DNA from: a virus
Lineage: Duplodnaviria > Caudoviricetes
Length of the DNA: 32,174 nucleotides
Strand: one strand, 5' to 3'
IMG/VR virus record: IMGVR_UViG_3300037785_000116
Span: 1-32,174 of that record
The first letter of the stretch is position 1. Each line of letters opens with the position of its first letter. Below, piece after piece: positions 25,660 through 32,174 of the stretch. Made by a program: the position numbers and the translations under genes. The notes under the pieces were generated by a model that did no database searches, was not told the origin of the DNA, and saw nothing but the letters and a program-made list of their open reading frames with translations.

Positions 25660-26343
25660 TCAGTTGCGCCCACAACATTGCTTGTATTTGCGCCCCGAAC
25701 CACAGGAACACGGATCATTCCGCCCTGGGCATGGAACTGCGCGGAACGGCTCGTCTGGCAAATATGGAGGCGCGGCACGCGCCAACTCTGGGCGGGTTTG
25801 GTGCAAGATCGTCGCGACGCAGTTGGGGATCATATCTGGGGCTTCTTCGTCAATCCAACGGATCTCGTCTTCGCTCAGATCGCTTTCGCCGACGTAAACC
25901 GCGTAGAGCTTGCGCAAGAAGCGGATCGATGCGTTTGTCTCTGTGTCAGCAAGTTGTGAGAACCGCGACCAAACCTCTGGTTTGAGATCCATCGCCCGAA
26001 TAAATCCGTCCACCCAAGGTTCCCACAGCACCTCATCGCTATTGGGATCAATCTCGTAGATGGGTTCGATCCAAAGTGAACGGGTCATTGCCTGAGCCAC
26101 GGCGTTGTAATGGCCCATCACGGCACCGATGGTCTCTTCGGCCGCATCGATGTTCGCAAAATTAGCCGTGCCGTTCTCCCCCCAAACATGGTGAAGCCAC
26201 AGCGAAGGGGACATCGTCTCAGGACAGGCCAAGATGCCTGTCACAAAGCCATCAAGTTCGCTCACTGTCATGGGCATTTGCGCGACGGGCAGTCGCGACA
26301 AGAGCCTGTGCAAGCGATCAAGGTCTTTGTCGGATCGGTTCAT
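25660..26343 (-). CDS. YecA/UPF0149-family protein with C-terminal SEC-C motif
   Basis: '[14 protein letters not shown]....PS.WL..VWG', 'WVDGF', and '[19 protein letters not shown]'. Confidence 0.88.
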   Translation of the reverse strand: MNRSDKDLDRLHRLLSRLPVAQMPMTVSELDGFVTGILACPETMSPSLWLHHVWGENGTANFANIDAAEETIGAVMGHYNAVAQAMTRSLWIEPIYEIDPNSDEVLWEPWVDGFIRAMDLKPEVWSRFSQLADTETNASIRFLRKLYAVYVGESDLSEDEIRWIDEEAPDMIPNCVATILHQTRPELARAAPPYLPDEPFRAVPCPGRNDPCSCGSGRKYKQCCGRN

Positions 26344-26427
26344 GTGTTCCCCTGGTTCGAGCGTTTTTTATGCCGGGAATTTTGAGCCTGCAATCTGCTG
26401 CAACAGCCTCTCATCGGGATCTCTTAG

Positions 26428-26775
26428 ATGTCTTATACAAGCGAAGGGCCGGCCATCTTGATTGGCTACCCCTACAATCTTCAACTTGAGGCAGCAGTCC
26501 CTGTCTTTGCCGAAGGCGCGTCCTATGCCGGCCAACTGCGGACGCGGGCAAGCGACCCCGCCGTGTTGACCACGATTACGAGTGACGCGGGCGGCGTGCT
26601 GCGCATGAGCGATACGGTGCTGGAACTGGTCCTGCACCCGGATCAGACGGCGGGGCTCGCGCCCGGCCGGGTGGTTCTTGATCTCGTGCGCATCGATCTC
26701 GACCCCGATCTGCATCTGGGCTTCTTCCTCGAGATCCCCGTTATGCTGCCCGTGACACGGGGGCTTGCGCCATGA
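26428..26775 (+). CDS. Phage protein heading the fibre module (possible attachment domain)
   Basis: 115 aa beta-rich, 'YAGQLR...LELVL.PDQTAGL'. ATGA overlap with the next gene. Confidence 0.6.
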   Translation: MSYTSEGPAILIGYPYNLQLEAAVPVFAEGASYAGQLRTRASDPAVLTTITSDAGGVLRMSDTVLELVLHPDQTAGLAPGRVVLDLVRIDLDPDLHLGFFLEIPVMLPVTRGLAP

Positions 26776-26978
26776 GTTTCGCGCCCTCCCAAACCGGACC
26801 CATCACGATCCGGGCGCCTGTAGAGGTTCGCATCGCGACCGGTCCTTACCGTATTCGGATCGGCGGCCAGCCCGGACCGCAGGGGGCTACGGGCCCCCAA
26901 GGCGACAAGGGGGATCAGGGCGATCCCGGCATCACCATCCTTCCCACAGACACCCCCATCAACGGAGGCTTCTTCTGA
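26772..26978 (+). CDS. Short collagen-like protein (68 aa) ending INGGFF
   Basis: GQP-GPQ-GAT-GPQ-GDK-GDQ-GDP-GIT Gly-X-Y run. Overlaps both neighbours. Confidence 0.7.
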   Translation: MSFAPSQTGPITIRAPVEVRIATGPYRIRIGGQPGPQGATGPQGDKGDQGDPGITILPTDTPINGGFF

Positions 26979-28093
26979 TGGCCAATACGATCCAGTTCAA
27001 ACGGCGCCAGGCCGGTAACGCCGGCGCGCCTGCCGCCCTCAAATCCGGCGAAGTCGCCCATAATGAGGTCGATGACACGCTTTACGTGGGCAAGGGCGAT
27101 GATGGCGCTGGCAATGCCACGGCGATACTGCCACTCGCCGGACGCGGCGCCTTTGTCGATCTAACCGGCACGCAGAGCATTGCGGGCGCGAAGACCTTCT
27201 CGGTGGTGCCAAAGTCGAGCCAAGACGCGAGCGCCAGCACTGATCTGGTGCGCAAGTCGCAGTTCGATGCCGGGCTCGCCGGAAAGGCGGCTGGCATCCA
27301 CGGCCATGCAATCTCGGAGATCAGTGGCCTGCAGACGGCGCTTGATGGCAAGGCGTCGGCCTCGCATAGCCATGCCATTTCGGATGTAACGGGGCTGCAG
27401 GCGGCGCTGAACGCAAAGGCAGCGCTGACATCGCCTAGCTTTACCGGCACACCAACTGCACCCACTGCAACAGGCGGCACAAACTCGACCCAGATCGCCA
27501 CCACCGCGTTCGTGCAGGCCGCGCTCACCGGCTTTGGCGCTGGCGACATGCTAAAGGCCACGTATGACACCAACAACAACGGCAAGGTCGATGCGGCAGA
27601 GGCCGCGGACAGCGTGCCTTGGACAGGGGTGACCGGTAAACCCACGAGCTTTACGCCCGCTACACATACTCACGCGATCTCGCAGGTGACGGGGCTTCAG
27701 GCGGCGCTTGATGAAAAGGCGCCGCTTGCCTCCCCAGCGCTTACTGGCACGCCGACCACGCCAACTGCGACGACGGGCACCAATACAACCCAGATCGCGA
27801 GCACTGCGTTTGTGCAGGCCGCCGTCGCGGCCCTTGTTGATGCCGCCCCCGGCGCGCTCAATACGCTGAACGAGTTGGCGGCCGCCTTGGGCGATGATCC
27901 GAGTTTTGCCACGACCGTCACCAATGGGCTGGCAGGCAAGCTCTCTGCTGCCTCCAACCTCTCCGACCTGCCGAACAAGGCCACGGCCCGCGGCAATCTC
28001 GGGCTTGGCTCCATGGCCACGCAAGCGGCGAGCAATGTGGCGATTGCTGGTGGCAGCATCACCGGCGTGACTCTGGATGGCGGGACCTTCTGA
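26978..28093 (+). CDS. Tail fibre shaft protein (371 aa) ending LDGGTF
   Basis: Start reassigned to ATG 26978 (TGATG). Three HxHxIS.V.GLQ.AL repeats, two SP..TGTPT.PT repeats, 'APGALNTLNELAAALGDDP.F', 'NLSDL....AR.NLGL'. Confidence 0.88.
   Translation: MANTIQFKRRQAGNAGAPAALKSGEVAHNEVDDTLYVGKGDDGAGNATAILPLAGRGAFVDLTGTQSIAGAKTFSVVPKSSQDASASTDLVRKSQFDAGLAGKAAGIHGHAISEISGLQTALDGKASASHSHAISDVTGLQAALNAKAALTSPSFTGTPTAPTATGGTNSTQIATTAFVQAALTGFGAGDMLKATYDTNNNGKVDAAEAADSVPWTGVTGKPTSFTPATHTHAISQVTGLQAALDEKAPLASPALTGTPTTPTATTGTNTTQIASTAFVQAAVAALVDAAPGALNTLNELAAALGDDPSFATTVTNGLAGKLSAASNLSDLPNKATARGNLGLGSMATQAASNVAIAGGSITGVTLDGGTF
27365..27823 (+). repeat. Internal 53-codon duplication in the fibre gene (27365-27523 and 27665-27823); partial third copy from 27299
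   Basis: HSHAISDVTGLQAAL...TQIATTAFVQAA versus HTHAISQVTGLQAAL...TQIASTAFVQAA, 300 nt apart. Confidence 0.85.
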
Positions 28094-28270
28094 CATCAAT
28101 CGAAATGCAGGTACCACAGGGACGCAGGTACCAAAGGCTGGCCGCGATCGGCCACCCCACCTTGTGAAGGCGCAGCCCTGAGCGCGCCGGCCGTTCCGTG
28201 CAGCCCGCGTGGCTGCACGCGATCCCAATCCCCCACTCCCCTCACATGAGGCAATGAAGGAGACGGCCAG

Positions 28271-28561
28271 ATGGCCAGTATCATCCGCATGAAGCGGTCC
28301 TCGATCGCGACCAAGGTCCCCACCACGGCCCAGCTGGATCTGGGCGAGCTTGCGATCAACACGCGGGACGGAAAGCTCTTCCTCAAGCGCGCTGATGGCA
28401 GTGAAGAGATCGTCGAGGTGGGCGCGCGCTGGGGCGCCTTTACCGCCCATGCCACAGGCACGACCCTGACCTTCCGACACAACGGCACCAACATCATGGT
28501 GGTCGATGCCTCGGGCAATCTGACCGTGCTGGGTAATGTCACAGCCTTTGGGAGCCCGTGA
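28271..28561 (+). CDS. Short distal fibre connector (96 aa)
   Basis: AAGGAG RBS. N-terminus 'IRMKRSS...LDLGELAINTRDGKLF'. C-terminus 'DASGNLTVLGNVTAF' resembles fibre tips. Confidence 0.75.
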   Translation: MASIIRMKRSSIATKVPTTAQLDLGELAINTRDGKLFLKRADGSEEIVEVGARWGAFTAHATGTTLTFRHNGTNIMVVDASGNLTVLGNVTAFGSP

Positions 28562-28564
28562 CCC

Positions 28565-29329
28565 ATGCCGCTTCCCACAACAGGGCCGCTGTCGCTGAGC
28601 CAAGTGAACACCGAGCTTGGCCGCCCCGCCACGGCCACCATCTCGCTTGGCGAGGCCGCCGTGCGCAATCTGGCCGGCGTGCCAAGCGGTCCGATCGGCA
28701 AGGCCAGTCTCAGGGGCAAGTCCGCGCAGTTCTCCCACACGATCAGCGCCCATCAACTGCATCTGAACCTGCGGAGCTATCTGTTGGGCCAAGGCTGGGA
28801 TGGGGTGAGTGCTGCCACAGTGACCATCGCATCCGGCGTCTACATCTGGTCGGACAACACCTCGCTACCTGCCCTCGATATGGGCGGCGCCTTCCCGGGC
28901 GGGCTCACGCTGATCAACAACGGCTTCATCATGGGGAAGGGGGGCAAGGGCGGCGATATGAATGGCGCGAGTGTCACCTATAGCAGCGGCGCGGCAGGCG
29001 GGCCTGCGATCGCCCTGACCGGCCCGATCAGCATCAACAACACCAATGGCTATATCGGCGGGGGCGGTGGAGGCGGGGCAGGGTTCATAAACCTCAGCAT
29101 AGCTGTGGGTTTTGGCGCAGGCGGCGGAGGTGCTGGAGGTGGTCAAGGCGGCACACACACTGAGAGTTCGTTTGTTGCCGCTGCACCGGCGCCTCCTCCC
29201 GTGGGCCAGGTTGGGTCTCAAACCACCGTGATCGAACCAAGCTACGGAACGCTGTTCCAATATCCGGCTCTGCACGGTGGAGCCGGGGGCGGGAGCAGTG
29301 TGCGCTCTATCAACAGGTTTAACGTCTGA
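28565..29329 (+). CDS. Glycine-rich adhesin, gp38-like, N-terminal part
   Basis: 'MPLPTTGPLSLSQVNTELG...LRGKS' cap, then 'INNGFIMGKGGKGG', 'GAAGGPAI', 'IGGGGGGGAG', 'GGGGAGGGQGG'. Confidence 0.75.
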   Translation: MPLPTTGPLSLSQVNTELGRPATATISLGEAAVRNLAGVPSGPIGKASLRGKSAQFSHTISAHQLHLNLRSYLLGQGWDGVSAATVTIASGVYIWSDNTSLPALDMGGAFPGGLTLINNGFIMGKGGKGGDMNGASVTYSSGAAGGPAIALTGPISINNTNGYIGGGGGGGAGFINLSIAVGFGAGGGGAGGGQGGTHTESSFVAAAPAPPPVGQVGSQTTVIEPSYGTLFQYPALHGGAGGGSSVRSINRFNV

Positions 29330-29345
29330 ACAAGGAGAGAGTGCC

Positions 29346-29855
29346 ATGGGTGGCGGCAGCGTAACACCGTCTCAAGTTGCAATCATGTCAGGTCAGAACG
29401 GCGGACGCGTTCTGCCCGGTGTATCCTATCGGGGCCAACGGGTCGGCATATCTGAGCTTCATACAGAGAACCCAGCAGGAAGAGAGAACGCCACAGATTT
29501 TTGGGGCCTGCGCAATATGCGTTTCGAGGTTCTGCTGCTCACCGGGGGGGCAGGTGGCTGGGGTGGCGGACCCGGAGAAACGGGATCGGACGGCTGCACC
29601 GCCGGTCTGACGCCTGCGCAGTTTGCCAATGCGCCTTCAAGCCTGATCCCATTGACGGCGACTGCGGACTTCTCAAACTACAGCTTCCCCGCTGCGGGTG
29701 GGGGCGGAGGATGGGGCGCGCGCGGCGGAAATGTTCTCAACACAGCACTTGCAGTGGTCAGCACAGGCGGCGCCGGTGGCAAGGCGATCAACACCAATGG
29801 TCACGCCGTTACCTGGCTGGGTGGCGCCAACCGAGCCTATGGAGCCGTCGGATGA
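29346..29855 (+). CDS. Glycine-rich adhesin, gp38-like, C-terminal part (169 aa)
   Basis: AAGGAGAG RBS and ATG 29346. 'GGGGGWGARGG', 'GGAGGKAI', and a 'W...YGAV' end. Confidence 0.72.
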   Translation: MGGGSVTPSQVAIMSGQNGGRVLPGVSYRGQRVGISELHTENPAGRENATDFWGLRNMRFEVLLLTGGAGGWGGGPGETGSDGCTAGLTPAQFANAPSSLIPLTATADFSNYSFPAAGGGGGWGARGGNVLNTALAVVSTGGAGGKAINTNGHAVTWLGGANRAYGAVG

Positions 29856-30511
29856 AAACCTCACTGCAGTTCTTCAAGGATATGGGCGTCTGCGATGGCG
29901 CCTACGCCGTTCTAGAGCAGGTGTTCCAAAGCGCAGGCGTCACCGAGTTCGATTACGCCGCGGGCTACGAGATGATGCTTGGCATGATGGATCAGCTGGA
30001 GATCGCAGCGGCGCAAAGCGGCGAGCCCGGCCACGACACAGCGCAAGGCTGGCTAAAATGGTGCTTTGAGCTGCGCACGCGCCCCGAGGCCATCATGTAT
30101 TTTGGCGATCACATCGAAGAGAACCTCTTCCGCACCGCCGATGGGCATCTTCATGAGACCTTAGCCGCTGCCCAAGACCACCGCCGGCGCAGCTTTGTCG
30201 AATTGCGCCGGCACCATGCAGCGGCGCGCGTGATCAATGGGGTGCGGATTGGCGAGGGCGGTGCTGAGACTTGGGAGGTGGTTGATCCCGCACGGGCCGA
30301 CCTTGCCGGCTATGACGCCTTTGTCTGGCATGATAGCACCACCGGGCTGAACCATCGGACCGAGAGCTTGGAGGAGGCCATCGCGTTTGATGCAGAGCAG
30401 GGCAAGATCTTGGAGCAGATGGATGCTGCGGAAGCGGCGGCGCAGATCGTGCGTCGGATTACGGATGAAAGTGGCGAGTTCAGGGTTTGGGTCAGGGTTG
30501 AGGAAGCGTGA
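29852..30511 (+). CDS. Acidic hypothetical protein (219 aa) coupled to the adhesin
   Basis: ATGA overlap at 29852-29855 (MKTSLQFF). Last plus-strand gene. Confidence 0.7.
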   Translation: MKTSLQFFKDMGVCDGAYAVLEQVFQSAGVTEFDYAAGYEMMLGMMDQLEIAAAQSGEPGHDTAQGWLKWCFELRTRPEAIMYFGDHIEENLFRTADGHLHETLAAAQDHRRRSFVELRRHHAAARVINGVRIGEGGAETWEVVDPARADLAGYDAFVWHDSTTGLNHRTESLEEAIAFDAEQGKILEQMDAAEAAAQIVRRITDESGEFRVWVRVEEA

Positions 30512-30536
30512 AAGGCTGACTGCGAGACCTTATGGA

Positions 30537-31091
30537 TCAAGCAGGGGGCAGAGTAATCTCGCCATCCTTGCTTCTGAAGGTCCGCGCAGATGGGTCCCAG
30601 GTCGCGACCACGTAACAGGCATGTGCGCCGGCGCCGCCCGTACCTTCGCTTGTAATGCAGCCGCTGCCATGGATCGGGATAAGGACAATGGTTTGACCAT
30701 CTGCAGTTACGGAAATCGGCCGAAAACCAGTCAGTCGTTGATACGCCACACCGTCCACGATGATGTGAAATCCGCACCCGCCCGTGCCACACCAAGCATA
30801 GCCCAAATTAGTACAGTGGAACTCATTGTAGACGACCGTACCGGTCATCCCATCGGGTGTAAGTTCGATCTCGTAAATGGCGTCCTCGGCCAACGTGAGC
30901 AAGCCCTGCAAAGGTGCATCGAGATCATCGTCGGCATCCAGAAAATATGCCTGCTCAGCATCGCACTGTGCCTGAAATTGCTGCACGATGTCATCGAAGG
31001 CCGTATCGGCAAGCGCCGGCATGGCGCCAAAAGCTGTGATTACGAGGCCAGCAAGGAGCGAATGCCAAAAGACATGAAATGCGTTACCCAT
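30537..31091 (-). CDS. Secreted Cys-containing hypothetical protein
   Basis: Start reassigned to about 31091. Signal peptide ending 'PALA-D'. 'WCGTGGC' motif, six Cys. Confidence 0.7.
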   Translation of the reverse strand: MGNAFHVFWHSLLAGLVITAFGAMPALADTAFDDIVQQFQAQCDAEQAYFLDADDDLDAPLQGLLTLAEDAIYEIELTPDGMTGTVVYNEFHCTNLGYAWCGTGGCGFHIIVDGVAYQRLTGFRPISVTADGQTIVLIPIHGSGCITSEGTGGAGAHACYVVATWDPSARTFRSKDGEITLPPA

Positions 31092-31614
31092 CACGGGCCC
31101 CTTTGACAAAGCCGACCAGCAGGTCCCACAGAAACAAAAACGGCAGGACAACCAGCCAAAGAGCGGAAACAAGAAGCCTCGCACCGAAAACGGCTAGCAC
31201 AGCAGCTGCCATGATCAGCATATAGATCAGCTGGAGTTGCGCCGCTTTCCTGCCCCGGAGCTGCACACCAGCGAACTTGAACGACGAGTATTGGGGCTTC
31301 AGGAAGTTGAAGGTCCCTGCCTTATTTTTTACCGACGCGCTGACCCCAGTTTTGGACAAGTTGAACCCCAGAGGCCCTGCCCGCCAGCGGCCGATCAGTT
31401 GGAACCGACCATTCTGAAGCGCCACACGCGTGCCATTGGCGATCCGTGTTGATGCTCGAAGTCCGTTGGAGGAGTTCGCCGTCAGATTGACCGGTCCGAC
31501 CTTTTGCTCGGCACGCACCGCCACACCGCCGGTACGCGAAGCGCGCGTGTATTTGCCCCGGTGCTCGATACGGACCTGCTTACTATCTTCGTCTTTTTTG
31601 CCAAGGCCAAACAT
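31084..31614 (-). CDS. Basic membrane-anchored protein, DUF4236-like beta repeats
   Basis: Start at ATG 31614 (MFGLGKK). 'GPVNLTANSSNGLRAS' and 'GPLGFNLSKTGVSAS' repeats. C-terminal TM segments. Confidence 0.65.
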   Translation of the reverse strand: MFGLGKKDEDSKQVRIEHRGKYTRASRTGGVAVRAEQKVGPVNLTANSSNGLRASTRIANGTRVALQNGRFQLIGRWRAGPLGFNLSKTGVSASVKNKAGTFNFLKPQYSSFKFAGVQLRGRKAAQLQLIYMLIMAAAVLAVFGARLLVSALWLVVLPFLFLWDLLVGFVKGARDG

Positions 31615-31631
31615 CGCTTTTTCCTGGACTA

Positions 31632-31844
31632 TCAATTTAAATCGACTGAAATTCTCTTGCCAGCAACATGAAGATCCAGAACGCGCCGACAACCGAATAT
31701 AAATTTGAAAGTCACAGACATGCTATCCAGCGGATCCTCGTTCGGATTGCGCTCAAAATAATCAGACATAGCGCGCTCGGTCGATCCGTTCAGCTCATCG
31801 AGCGTGTCCTCGGGGATTTTGAAATCGTTTTGTGCCAGTCCCAT
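31632..31844 (-). CDS. Hypothetical protein (70 aa)
   Basis: Tiles between leftward neighbours with purine-rich upstream sequence. Confidence 0.5.
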   Translation of the reverse strand: MGLAQNDFKIPEDTLDELNGSTERAMSDYFERNPNEDPLDSMSVTFKFIFGCRRVLDLHVAGKRISVDLN

Positions 31845-31850
31845 ACCTAC

Positions 31851-32174
31851 CTACCCCGCATTTCTCATTTTGGCTGATTGAGCCGCTCTCAGCACATCGA
31901 ACTCCAATGAATTTACCTGAGAAATCGCGTCATCTGCGGATTTTCCAGCCCAATTGACCAGCTGCAGCACCATCCGAGCCATATCCATCTGCGACAGCGC
32001 CTCGTCTAACGCGCGGTCAAGATGGGTTTCGGCATCATCCTCGATGTCCAGATCGACGGTATATCTGATAAAACACTCAGGGCTTGGCCGCACGTCGAGT
32101 TCAGCAGGGGCACAAAACTGGTTCAGGCGCAGGAGTGCTTCGCGGATGGCCTCAGACCGGCTCGCCTCCACCAT
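31851..32174 (-). CDS. Hypothetical protein (107 aa; may extend beyond the window)
   Basis: Open frame from the window edge, stop 6 nt before the next start. Confidence 0.5.
   Translation of the reverse strand: MVEASRSEAIREALLRLNQFCAPAELDVRPSPECFIRYTVDLDIEDDAETHLDRALDEALSQMDMARMVLQLVNWAGKSADDAISQVNSLEFDVLRAAQSAKMRNAG

Larger units (their letters stand above)
1..30511 (+). mobile_element. Lambda-like siphovirus prophage, packaging/head/tail/lysis/fibre region (both boundaries uncertain)
   Basis: Contiguous co-oriented terminase, portal, protease, capsid, tail tube, tape measure, tail tip, lysis and fibre genes in lambdoid order, many with overlapping stop/start codons. No att site or integrase in the window. 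Confidence 0.93.

Noticed and set aside
28107-28133. CRISPR-like mini-array
   Set aside because: Only two 10-bp repeats 7 nt apart and no cas genes.
27551-28792. Long antisense ORFs (also 19610..20812, 15403..16539, 14613..15461, 11047..11865)
   Set aside because: Shadow frames of GC-rich coding genes with no recognisable motifs.
29501-29851. N-terminal extension of ORF 29501..30511
   Set aside because: Overlaps the Gly-rich adhesin gene in another frame. The ATGA-coupled start at 29852 is more plausible.
26978-30511. Diversity-generating retroelement or invertible cassette acting on the fibre/adhesin
   Set aside because: No reverse transcriptase or invertase in the window and no template/variable repeat pair differing only at adenines. 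The fibre duplication differs at all base types.

Overview
GC-rich, late (morphogenesis) region of a lambda-like siphoviral prophage, most likely from an alphaproteobacterium (Rhodobacteraceae-type gene set; inference). Order: ParB-like/DNA methyltransferase fusion; a leftward block of seven small genes; terminase small and large subunits; gpW; portal; S49 protease with a nested scaffold; decoration protein; major capsid; neck and tail genes with a G/GT-type -1 frameshift; tape measure; tail tip; holin; endolysin; spanins; a detached tail-fibre/adhesin module; leftward genes of unknown function. Five accessory inserts interrupt the structural operon: VapBC, a 4-Cys protein, a bactofilin, H-NS plus a small ORF, and a YecA/SEC-C protein. 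The most unusual part is the fibre module. Three proteins end in a [D/N]GGx[F/Y]-stop peptide, two of them directly upstream of genes starting with an 'I-x-x-KR...L-x-x-GE' domain, and a gp38-like polyglycine adhesin is split into two separately initiated genes. Several intergenic structured-RNA candidates are also present. No integrase, repressor, replication gene, tRNA/rRNA, CRISPR array or reverse transcriptase was recognised. Family names come from recalled motifs and gene order, not from database searches.
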